64,000 nt of DNA, taken from assembly GCA_938042245.1 (NCBI GenBank), contig CALIRO010000016.1, positions 46,004 to 110,003 of the forward strand, in the 5' to 3' direction. A model generated the notes under the pieces. It had not been told where the DNA came from, ran no database searches, and saw only the letters and a list, made by a program, of their open reading frames with translations. The stretch's first letter is position 1. The number at the start of each line of letters is the position of its first letter. Below are positions 34,747-43,410 of this stretch, one piece after another. This DNA comes from an uncultured Thermoguttaceae bacterium (GTDB taxonomy: Bacteria > Planctomycetota > Planctomycetia > Pirellulales > Thermoguttaceae). The translations under genes and the position numbers were made by a program.

Positions 34747-36096
34747 TCATCGGTGGGCGCGGCGTTGGAGTCGGCTAGCGATCAAAAAGGCCATTTCCAG
34801 GGCCTGTTCATAATTGAGCCGGGGATCTACATCGCTCCGATAATCCCGCTCGAGATCCTGTTCACTCAGCTGGCGTGCTCCGCCGATGCATTCGGTTACA
34901 TTGTCCCCGGTAAGTTCAAAGTGGACTCCCCCTAGATGGGACCCTAGGCGCCGGTGGATGTCAAACGCCCGTTCCAATTCGCCCAGAATGTCATCGAACG
35001 ATCGCGTCTTTCGACCCGTAGTGGAGGTAATCGTGTTGCCATGCATGGGATCGCAACACCAAAGCACCACCGCCCCTACCTGCTGGATCGCCTCGATAAG
35101 CGGCGGCAGACAACGGTCGATTCGGCTAACGCCAAAACGATGGATCAGCGTGAGGCGTCCCGGTTCATTCTGGGGGTTGAGGATCCGCACCAGCTCCAGG
35201 AGTTCTTCGGCGGTAATGCTAGGCCCGATCTTTACTCCGATCGGGTTGGCAATCCCCCGAAAATATTCCACATGGGCGCCCTGCGGATTTCGGGTTCGAT
35301 CGCCGATCCAGAGGAAATGGGCCGAGAGATTGTACCATCCGGAGCGGCGGGGCACTTGCCGGGTCTGCGCCTGCTCGTAGGGAAGATGGAGTCCCTCATG
35401 GCTAGTGTAAAATTCAACTCGTGTAATTTCGTACAATCGTCGGCCCGCCACCGTCTCCAGAAACCGAATGCTACTGCCAATGGCCTGGACGATCCGCCGA
35501 TACTCTTCTGCATATGCCGAGTGGTTGACAAACCCCAGGTCCCAGAATTCGGGATGGTGGAAGTCGGCAAACCCGCCCTCCACCAGGCCCCGGATGAAAT
35601 TGATCGTTAGCGCCGCCCGCTCATAGCCGCGAAGCATCAGCTCCGGATCCGGGGTGCGCTCTTGCAGGCTAAAACCAGGCCGATTGATCAACCAGCCGCG
35701 AAAACTCGGCAACGTCAGGCCGTTGCGCGTCTCCGTAGGCGACGAGCGCGGCTTGGCATATTGACCGGCGATCCGGCCCACCCGAATCACATTGCAGCCT
35801 GTCCCATGCACCAGGACCAGGCTCATTTTCAATAGGATCTTCAGTTTGTTAACGATGGCGTCGGCCCGGCAGTCCTCGAAACTCTCCGCACAATCCCCGC
35901 CTTGAAGGAGGAATCGTTTTCCGAGGGCGGCCTCGGCCAACTGGCTCTTCAGCCGCTCTATCTCCCAACTGGTTACCAAAGGCGGCAACCGCGACAGTTC
36001 CTTTAACACCCGCTCCAACGCCGCCGGATCCGGATACTCCACCGCCTGCTGGATCGGCTTGGTTTGCCAGGAACTGGGCGACCACGGCTGGCTCAT
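34747..36096 (-). CDS. Class II 3-deoxy-7-phosphoheptulonate (DAHP) synthase
   Basis: The track ORF is 34747..36141. ATG 36096 (GGAGG 9 nt upstream) gives MSQPWSPSSWQTKPIQQAVEYPD...LLQGGDCAESF...AGQYAKPRS...GIANPIGVKIGP..., which are class II (plant-type) DAHPS hallmarks. Confidence 0.9.
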   Translation of the reverse strand: MSQPWSPSSWQTKPIQQAVEYPDPAALERVLKELSRLPPLVTSWEIERLKSQLAEAALGKRFLLQGGDCAESFEDCRADAIVNKLKILLKMSLVLVHGTGCNVIRVGRIAGQYAKPRSSPTETRNGLTLPSFRGWLINRPGFSLQERTPDPELMLRGYERAALTINFIRGLVEGGFADFHHPEFWDLGFVNHSAYAEEYRRIVQAIGSSIRFLETVAGRRLYEITRVEFYTSHEGLHLPYEQAQTRQVPRRSGWYNLSAHFLWIGDRTRNPQGAHVEYFRGIANPIGVKIGPSITAEELLELVRILNPQNEPGRLTLIHRFGVSRIDRCLPPLIEAIQQVGAVVLWCCDPMHGNTITSTTGRKTRSFDDILGELERAFDIHRRLGSHLGGVHFELTGDNVTECIGGARQLSEQDLERDYRSDVDPRLNYEQALEMAFLIASRLQRRAHR

Positions 36097-36540
36097 CGTT
36101 GGAACCTCCGTTTTTTCCCTGCCAGAATAAGAGGCTCTCACAAAAAAGAAACCCCAAAAAGTTCCACTAGGCCCTTTGGTAGGGAAACAGGGGGACGAAA
36201 GGTCGCTTTTGGTAGAGGCAATAGGAAATCCATGGACTTCTCTTCAGCAGCTACCCACGCCCGATATACATAAGTCCATTTTTCCGTTCGATGGTTGGAT
36301 GTGGACAGAAGTTCTAAACCGACCTCCGACAGCCTATCGCGGAGCGAATTTTTCAAGCATGCGGAGCGGGATCTTTGCCCTTGTGATTACTCCCTTTGTT
36401 TCCGAGCGTTCGGTAGAAAACTCTATTGGTGCATGTAATTTTCTACCTCCAATGTTTCCAACGGGGTTAGGATATTGCTTATTCGGGGCGGCCTCAGCAT
36501 TGGCAAAAGTCAACGGGAGCGGGTTCGTTAGGGGAACGGA

Positions 36541-36945
36541 TCAGCCCATGAGATTTCGCCAGGGGGGCTGGTCGGCCACTTCGGTAACTTCATAGCCGCT
36601 CTCCGAGGGCCGGGCCGGGCCGAGGATCGCAAGCAAACGGGCAGGCCGATCGGAGCGGTTAAACGAGGCATGCACCGCATCGCCGGAAATAAACACAGCA
36701 TCGCCGGGCCGAAGCAGGCGCTTCTGTTGGTCCACCCACTGCTCCACTTCGCCATCTAAACAATAAATCACTTCTTCCTGATCCGGGTGTTTGTGGAAGG
36801 CGTGTCCGCCGCCGGGCGATAGGGTAACTTCAATCACTACCAGATGTTTGGCCCCGGTGTCGGCTGGCCGACACGTCCAGCCCAACTGCCCCCAGGAAAG
36901 CGTTTCCCGAAACACCTCATCGGCAGGCAAAAATCGACCAGTCAT
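36541..36945 (-). CDS. Cupin-domain protein
   Basis: 134 aa, with AAGGAG 6 nt upstream. The cupin motifs are GGGHAFHKHPDQEEVIYCLDGE...GDAVFISGDAVHASFN. Confidence 0.8.
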   Translation of the reverse strand: MTGRFLPADEVFRETLSWGQLGWTCRPADTGAKHLVVIEVTLSPGGGHAFHKHPDQEEVIYCLDGEVEQWVDQQKRLLRPGDAVFISGDAVHASFNRSDRPARLLAILGPARPSESGYEVTEVADQPPWRNLMG

Positions 36946-37064
36946 GACAGCTCCTTCGGCAAAAGGAATACTTTAACCACATCGCCGCTCTCCACGGAAA
37001 AAAGGCTGACCTGGGGGCCCACCCCGGATTGATGCCAGGCTACCAGAGCCCGCCCCTGGCATGA

Positions 37065-37346
37065 TGTCATGTCCGCCCAAGCGGCAGTCCAGGACCCCTT
37101 TGCATCTGTGCCGGGGATGTTTCTGGATGCCCACTTCCGCGGCAAGGACACTCCGAGGAGGATCTGCTCTTTGGCATTTCCGGGCGTGCGGCAGTCCAGG
37201 CCCCCTTAGCCTAATCCTCTCCCACGGTGGGGAGAAGAGATTTTAATGGAAATGTCATTCCCGCGCAACCGGCAGTCTAGTGTGAGCTTGAGAGGGTGAA
37301 TTTTTCATCGTCGCCGCCAAGGCCTCCTGCTTGCACAGGAATGATC
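37065..37346. repeat. Cluster of four family-1 REP-like units plus one family-2 unit
   Basis: The family-1 units are 37065-37093 tgtcatgtccgcccaagcggcagtccagg, 37174-37200 gcatttccgggcgtgcggcagtccagg, 37253-37280 tgtcattcccgcgcaaccggcagtctag, and the inverted 37326-37346 cctgcttgcacaggaatgatcc. The family-2 hairpin is cctctcccacggtggggagaag at 37215-37236. Confidence 0.75.
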
Positions 37347-37393
37347 CTCTCGAAGGGCAGAGTCCGAAGCAAGAACGGTGCTGCCGGGCCGGC

Positions 37394-38176
37394 TCAATAC
37401 GGATACAGGCCTTGGAGCTTTTTCGATTGGAGGGCTTCGGTGTAGTCGTATTGGATCGTGATCGGATCTTTATCCACTTGGACGCCGCCCAGCCGTCCGT
37501 CCCATAGCCAGGTCCACCGGCGCAGCTCGTCCCGATGCAAGATGACTCGGTGCATGACTTTGGTGCGTTTGTTTTTGGCCCAGCCGCCGTAAAGCCAATC
37601 GTATTGCCAGATTTCAAACCGCATGGTGGCCGCTCCGGGGAAATCGGCCTCGTAACTGGTAGGGAGGTCCCGAATGAGCATGACTAAAACCCGGGCTACT
37701 TTTTTATCCTCTGGGCAGCGGGCGATATACAATGGTACAACCTTATTTTCATAATGTCTCGATTTGCGGATATGATCTAAAATCCAGTCTCGGTCCTCGG
37801 CGTCTTCTTCTGGAAAGGTGGCGGTACCGGGAAAGAACGGATCGAACTCCAAGACCGGCGCAAATTCAAATCCCTCGATCCGCACTCGGTCTTTTCCCAG
37901 GATGACCAGGTCGTATCGGCCTTTGGGCAAGTCTTTGAATTCCCATTTGCCTGGGCTGGTTTCTGTAGCCCAATAGTCGGCCTGAGGGGCATCGATTTTG
38001 GCTTTTGGATCCACCGGCCGGCGGAAATTGCCATCCTGATCCCAGCGCCCAATGGCGCCTACGGCCCGCACACCCTCCGCTTTGCCTAAATCCACCACCA
38101 CCTTGGCTGCCAGAGCCTGGCAGGCTGGCGCCAGCATCAGCCCAACACCAATCGCCAAACAAAGTTTTCTCCGCAT
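37394..38176 (-). CDS. Secreted protein of unknown function
   Basis: The track ORF is 37394..38329. ATG 38176 (GGAGGAG upstream) gives MRRKLCLAIGVGLMLAPACQALA (signal peptide). The body is non-repetitive and Trp/Asp-rich, with no recognised motif. Confidence 0.7.
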   Translation of the reverse strand: MRRKLCLAIGVGLMLAPACQALAAKVVVDLGKAEGVRAVGAIGRWDQDGNFRRPVDPKAKIDAPQADYWATETSPGKWEFKDLPKGRYDLVILGKDRVRIEGFEFAPVLEFDPFFPGTATFPEEDAEDRDWILDHIRKSRHYENKVVPLYIARCPEDKKVARVLVMLIRDLPTSYEADFPGAATMRFEIWQYDWLYGGWAKNKRTKVMHRVILHRDELRRWTWLWDGRLGGVQVDKDPITIQYDYTEALQSKKLQGLYPY

Positions 38177-38510
38177 CGTCCCATCTCCTCCAATAAAACC
38201 GGCTCTGCCTTCGGTACCAAACTCTCGCCAAATCGGTTGGTTCCAGACCCCAGACGCCATCAAAGGAAGGACCCAGAGGCCAACCTCCCCACGGCGGCCG
38301 GCCCAAACGAATTTTTTAGCCTGAGCCACCCAGGAATTCCGCAGGAGATCTACTTTGTATTTTAGAGAAGAAACAGGCAGCTCTCCAGTCGGCCCTGTCG
38401 GAAAAAGCCGGAGAAGGAGTTAGGTTTTGTCGCCCTGGCAGCAGGATAACCATACCAAGCGAACCAATCCCGTCCCATCGCCGCCTTTCAGGGTGTGGGG
38501 TTTGCCCGCC

Positions 38511-40001
38511 CTAACAGGAGGCTAAGAACACACAACCATTCCTGAGCGAAAGTCTGAGGGGGGCCGTTGCCTTTTCTGAGGCTGGTGGGCTCTCCAACGG
38601 CGGAAGGCAGTACCAGGCGGAACTGGTGGATGGGAAACAGGACCTGCCCTGCCAGGGGCATGTGCTATTGCCGGACGCTGTCCCTCCCGATCCCCCGCCG
38701 GGCAATTCGGATACAAGCCCAAGCCACGTATAACGGTTATTCCCGGAAGCCTTCCATGGGTCGGGGATGGGCAAGAGGATGATTGGTTCATGGCGGACAT
38801 AGACGCCATAATGGACAACAGTGCCCCCGAAGCTCACTCCACCGCCGACTAGTCCCAGGGCGTCGGTTCGGATGCCGGCGCCGGAACCTGGCGTGGGGCA
38901 CCGGTGGCTGCCAGCCCGAACGATCCGTTTAAACAGTTCGATGGCCTCTCGGTTGGCCTCCTGCCGTTCCGGAGCTGGGATACCCTTCTGCAGCAGGATG
39001 CAATCCACCGCATAGGCATCCAGAAGTTTTGGGAACAATTCTTGGGCGATCTGGGGGTGGCCGAACATGTCGGCCCCTACTGGCCGAGGCCCCTGGAGAA
39101 ATAAAAGTCCCATGGTCCGGGGTGGTATGCGGGGCACAATTTCTTTGCGCACTTTGTCCAAATCCTGCCGAACATGCGGAGCATCCAAGGCCAGTTGGAG
39201 GTTTTCCGAGGGGCTAGGTGCGCGAAGGCTCATGGCCAAGCTCCGGACCGACTCCCAGACGCTGCTTTGGCCTTCCCCTTGGGCAATCCGCCTTTGGACC
39301 GCCAGCGGGGCCATTTGACCACTGGGCAGGAACTTTTCGTCCCCATGCCATCGGCCACGCTCCACGCAGAAGACATCCAGATTGACCCGTTGGCCGGGCG
39401 CTAAAACCACATCTTGGCGTACAGTGCGGGTTTGTTTGCCGCCGGAAAGGATTTCCCCCCGCATGATAAAGACATATTCGTCTGGGCTTCGGTTTTCGAC
39501 CCATACGACCGGGACCGTGCCGCCGTCCTTTTCGGTAATCACCAGAACTCCCCGACGCATGGCTTCATCCAGGGTAAGCCATCGGCCTTCCAGGTGGACG
39601 CCTCGTTCCAGGAACAGCGGATAGACGGCCAAATGCCGATAGAAGAGCGGCTCGCCGATTTGGACCTGGTCCAGATAGCGGGCCAGTTCCGGGACGTGCC
39701 CGGCGCTAGAAGGCCGGAGGCCTTCCTGGAAGGAGATCAATTGGAGTGATTCGTATCCCCCATAGGATGGGTCTGCCGAGGCATTCTCAGCAAAGGGGAT
39801 AGAAGGCCGCTCATTGTAGTCCCCTTCGGATGGGTTCTTGGCTACCCCATGGGCGGGCAAAAACGCCAAACTGAGCCAGCCTGCCACTAGTCCCCCGAAA
39901 AAGCTGGGCAAAAGGAACCTTTGGACCGGGTGGTTCTGGCCTGGGTGGTGGGGTTCTGGAAGCCGATTCTCTTGTGCCCCAAGGTCTATTTCGCCTCCCA
40001 T
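38511..40001 (-). CDS. Membrane-anchored conserved hypothetical protein (GGKQxR...CVERGRW domain)
   Basis: 496 aa, with AAGGAGG upstream of the ATG. It has an N-terminal TM helix (FLLPSFFGGLVAGWLSLAFL). The core LAVYPLFL...WLTLDEAMRRGVLVITE...VWVENRSPDEYVFIMRGEILSGGKQTRTVRQDVVL...VFCVERGRWHG resembles a widespread uncharacterised bacterial domain that I cannot name reliably. Confidence 0.7.
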   Translation of the reverse strand: MGGEIDLGAQENRLPEPHHPGQNHPVQRFLLPSFFGGLVAGWLSLAFLPAHGVAKNPSEGDYNERPSIPFAENASADPSYGGYESLQLISFQEGLRPSSAGHVPELARYLDQVQIGEPLFYRHLAVYPLFLERGVHLEGRWLTLDEAMRRGVLVITEKDGGTVPVVWVENRSPDEYVFIMRGEILSGGKQTRTVRQDVVLAPGQRVNLDVFCVERGRWHGDEKFLPSGQMAPLAVQRRIAQGEGQSSVWESVRSLAMSLRAPSPSENLQLALDAPHVRQDLDKVRKEIVPRIPPRTMGLLFLQGPRPVGADMFGHPQIAQELFPKLLDAYAVDCILLQKGIPAPERQEANREAIELFKRIVRAGSHRCPTPGSGAGIRTDALGLVGGGVSFGGTVVHYGVYVRHEPIILLPIPDPWKASGNNRYTWLGLVSELPGGGSGGTASGNSTCPWQGRSCFPSTSSAWYCLPPLESPPASEKATAPLRLSLRNGCVFLASC

Positions 40002-40339
40002 AGGTAAGTCCTCCTTACCGATTACGCCGGTTGCACCTTCTGCCCACTGCCGACCGGTCCCCAGGTGCTAGAGGAACCGGCGACTCCTTATTGAATTTAG
40101 ATGCATTTTTTATCCGAAAAGTTTCTATGGTACTCGGAAGGCGGATGCAGAAAATAAGAAAAATACACAAATTAACAAATACAGGTAATATAGATAAGCT
40201 TTCATAGGGAAGCCGACCTCCTTTTGCCCTCTAAAGGACTCCGTCTTCGCTTCTTGTCCGCCTGCCGATCGGACCTTTCCAGGAGAAGTCCTCTTTTTTT
40301 CTGAAGCTTGTGCCCCTAGCCTGCTTTTTCAGCTAAGCA

Positions 40340-42871
40340 ATGAATAACGACTTTTTCAGCCGGCACGGCTTTAAGGTGCTTTTAGTGATTGCCTTTTTGG
40401 CCCCGTTGATGCTGGCCGGGACCCGTCGCTCCCTGCAGAGCAACTCGAATGATGTGAAATCCTGGCTGCCGGAGGCCTACGAAGAGACAGCCGTGTTCAA
40501 ATGGTATCAGAAGCACTTTGAGGGGGATGCGTTTGTGATGGTCAGTTGGGAGGGCTGCACGCTGGATAGCCCGGCGTTGAGCCTGATGGCCAAAAAATTG
40601 CAGCCTCCGCCTGTGCCGGAAAATCAGCCCTGGCCTGCTGAGCCGGAGTTTTTCTCTTCGGTTCGGACCGGCAAGGATATTCTCCAGATGCTTATTGACG
40701 AGCAAGGCCTGGAACCGGAAGAGGCGGTCAACCGGTTGCGGGGGTTTTTAATCGGGCCGGACGGAAAACAGACTTGTTTGATTCTGACGATTTCCCGACT
40801 TGGGCAGGAGCGATGGGAGGCGGAATGGGCCGCCGGAAAACGAAAGCAAAAGTTTCTCCATGCCGCTCTGGAGCATATTCGTCAGGTGGCTACGCAGGAA
40901 TGTGCCATTGCGGAGGCTGAGCTCCATATGGGGGGCCCGCCGGTGGATAATGTGGCCATCGACGTGGAAGGTCAGCGCTCGCTCTATCGGTTGGCCGGGG
41001 TATCGGCGGTGGTGGGGATCCTGATGGCCTGGTGGTGTCTGCGTCATTGGGGCCTGACCTATATGGTTTTTACGACGGGGCTATTTACGGCCGGCTGCAG
41101 CCTGGTGGTGGTGTATCTGACAGGGACACGGATGAACGCCATTTTGTTGACCATGCCGTCGCTGGTGTATGTGGCGGCTGTGTCTGGGGCGATTCACCTG
41201 GCCAATTACTATCGGGATACGGTTCGGCAGTATGGGCTGGAGGGGGCAGCCACTCGGGCCGTAAAAGCCGCTTGGCTTCCGCTGTTTTTGGCCACGGCCA
41301 CCACCGGGATCGGCCTGGCGTCGATGTACATTAGTGAATTGGTCCCTATTCAGCTTTTTGGACTCTACTCGGCCATTGGGGTGGCTATTAGCTTTGTGAT
41401 TGTTTGTACCTACATGCCGGCCATGCTGCAATGGATGCCGATTCGGAGTTTTGCCGATCCCAAGGCGGCCGGGGCTTCCGATCCGGTGCTTTCCGAGCGG
41501 TGGCAGTCGGTCGGCCAATGGATCCTCCGCCGGTGGGGGTGGGTCTTGGGGACCTGTTTACTTCTGATGGCCGTCGGCACCTACGGGGTAAGCCAAGTGG
41601 AGACCTCGGTGAAACTGATGCGGCTTTTTTCGCCAAACGCCCGGATCATTCAGGATTATGCCTGGCTGGAAAAGCACCTGGGGCCATTGGTGCCGATGGA
41701 GGTGGTGGTTCGGGTGGATCCGGCCAAAAGCGGGTTGGACCCGTTGGACCAATTGCAACTGGTCGAGGCGGTGCGGCAGCAGGTGGCCCAGTTGCCGCAG
41801 GTTGGCAGTGTGCTGGCTGCCTCCACGTTTGCCCGCGCGATGCCGGAGCGGCCTGGCATGATCGAACGCCGCACGTGGAATGTTCGCTTAGAGCGAAGTC
41901 GAAAGGCCCTGGCCGACTTTCTCCAATCGGAAGACCAGTACAACCTCTGGCGCATTAGCGCCCGGGTGGAGGCACTGACCGATCTGGATTATGCCGTATT
42001 CATCCAAGACATTCGCCGAGAAGTTGAACAGGTGCTCGACGCCTACCGGGCGCAGGGAATCGAAGGCGTCGAAGCCGTTTATACCGGCCTGGTCCCGTTG
42101 ATCTACAAAGCCCAGCATTCGCTTCTGGATAACCTGATTTTGGGCTTTGTGGGCGATTTGATTTTGATCTGCGTGGCGATGGTGTTTTTGATGCGGAGTT
42201 TTACTGCAGGGCTGCTTTTGGCCCTGCCGTGCCTGTTTCCTCTGGCGGTGGTCTTTGGGGTGATGGGGCTAGCCGGCATTGTGGTGGATACTGGTACCGT
42301 GATGACGCCGGCGGTTGCCTTTGGGGTTACTGTAGATGATGCGATCCATTTTATGATTTGGTGCCGGCACGGTCAGCAGCGGGGGATGGACCGACGGCGG
42401 GCCATCATGTTCGCCTACGAAGACTGTGCCCGGGCGATCTATCAGAGTTGGGGGGTGATTGGTCTGGGGCTGTCGGCCTTTGCGTTAAGTTCGTTTACCC
42501 CGACGAAGCGATTTGGCATTTTGATGTTTGCCATGTTGACCGCTTCGTCGTTTAGCAACCTGGTGTTTTTGCCGGCGCTGTTGGCCAGTCCATTGGCCCA
42601 TTTCTTCTGGAAGGGCGGCCAGAAGGCGTTGCGCAAAAAGAAAGCAGATCAACACCCACCTTTCGAACCGCCGAAGTCTTCCGAGCCGCCCACCCGATCC
42701 GAGCTGCCGAAGCCGCATTTTGTCGCTCCTCAGCCGGAAATGCAGCCTCTAGAGGAATCTGGTTCCCCCCAAAAGCAGGAAACTTTCCTCAGCGGGCCCC
42801 ATTTTCTTCGGAAATTCTCACCGCATCCCGATGCCGCCGTATCCTTTTCCGCTCCCGGGCAGGTAGAATAA
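40340..42871 (+). CDS. MMPL/RND-superfamily transporter (12-TM, two large periplasmic loops)
   Basis: 843 aa. Two blocks of about 6 TM helices (aa ~215-370 and ~620-760) are each preceded by a ~200-aa soluble loop. The second half has an RND-like GIVVDTGTVMTPAVAFGVTVDDAIHF motif, and the tail is Pro-rich. Confidence 0.85.
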   Translation: MNNDFFSRHGFKVLLVIAFLAPLMLAGTRRSLQSNSNDVKSWLPEAYEETAVFKWYQKHFEGDAFVMVSWEGCTLDSPALSLMAKKLQPPPVPENQPWPAEPEFFSSVRTGKDILQMLIDEQGLEPEEAVNRLRGFLIGPDGKQTCLILTISRLGQERWEAEWAAGKRKQKFLHAALEHIRQVATQECAIAEAELHMGGPPVDNVAIDVEGQRSLYRLAGVSAVVGILMAWWCLRHWGLTYMVFTTGLFTAGCSLVVVYLTGTRMNAILLTMPSLVYVAAVSGAIHLANYYRDTVRQYGLEGAATRAVKAAWLPLFLATATTGIGLASMYISELVPIQLFGLYSAIGVAISFVIVCTYMPAMLQWMPIRSFADPKAAGASDPVLSERWQSVGQWILRRWGWVLGTCLLLMAVGTYGVSQVETSVKLMRLFSPNARIIQDYAWLEKHLGPLVPMEVVVRVDPAKSGLDPLDQLQLVEAVRQQVAQLPQVGSVLAASTFARAMPERPGMIERRTWNVRLERSRKALADFLQSEDQYNLWRISARVEALTDLDYAVFIQDIRREVEQVLDAYRAQGIEGVEAVYTGLVPLIYKAQHSLLDNLILGFVGDLILICVAMVFLMRSFTAGLLLALPCLFPLAVVFGVMGLAGIVVDTGTVMTPAVAFGVTVDDAIHFMIWCRHGQQRGMDRRRAIMFAYEDCARAIYQSWGVIGLGLSAFALSSFTPTKRFGILMFAMLTASSFSNLVFLPALLASPLAHFFWKGGQKALRKKKADQHPPFEPPKSSEPPTRSELPKPHFVAPQPEMQPLEESGSPQKQETFLSGPHFLRKFSPHPDAAVSFSAPGQVE

Positions 42872-42956
42872 TAGAGGAACCAGAATCGCCCGGTAGTTCC
42901 CTACCACCCGGGAAATCTGTTCTGGTTGGTCGCCGATCAGCAAAAGGGTCTTGGCC

Positions 42957-43169
42957 ATGTTCGGAATCGGTACTACCGAGTTAATCGTTATCTGTATTTT
43001 GGCGTTGATTTTATTTGGCAATCGGCTCCCCTCGGTCATGCGGTCCTTGGGCCAGGGAATTACGGAGTTTAAGAAGGGGCTTCGGGAAGAAGAACCACCG
43101 GCGCCAGCTCCGCAGGAACCTGCCCGCTCCCGGAGCGAAGAGCCAGCCTCCTCAGTCAAAAACGACTAG
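42957..43169 (+). CDS. tatA: Twin-arginine translocase subunit TatA/E
   Basis: MFGIGTTELIVICILALILFGNRLPSVMRSLGQGITEFKKGLREEE is the canonical TatA TM + amphipathic helix. The track start at TTG 42951 adds two codons. It lies 85 nt downstream of the MMPL gene. Confidence 0.9.
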   Translation: MFGIGTTELIVICILALILFGNRLPSVMRSLGQGITEFKKGLREEEPPAPAPQEPARSRSEEPASSVKND

Positions 43170-43410
43170 GAACCCATCCCCCAAAGGAAGTTGCCCACGT
43201 TTCCAGCCCCCCGTTTTTCCAGGCTTTGCGGAATTATGAAGAGCCTTTTTCCAATGGGCGTTAAGAGGTAAAGGCGCGCGGCCGGCGGCCCCAGGAGAGG
43301 TTCGACCGTTTGCGATTTCTTGTTTGTCAAAGCTTTGCACTTGCCGAAAGCATCAGGCTGGGAGTGGGAAACGTTTTCGGTTTAGGTGAATTTTAATCCA
43401 TTAGATAATC

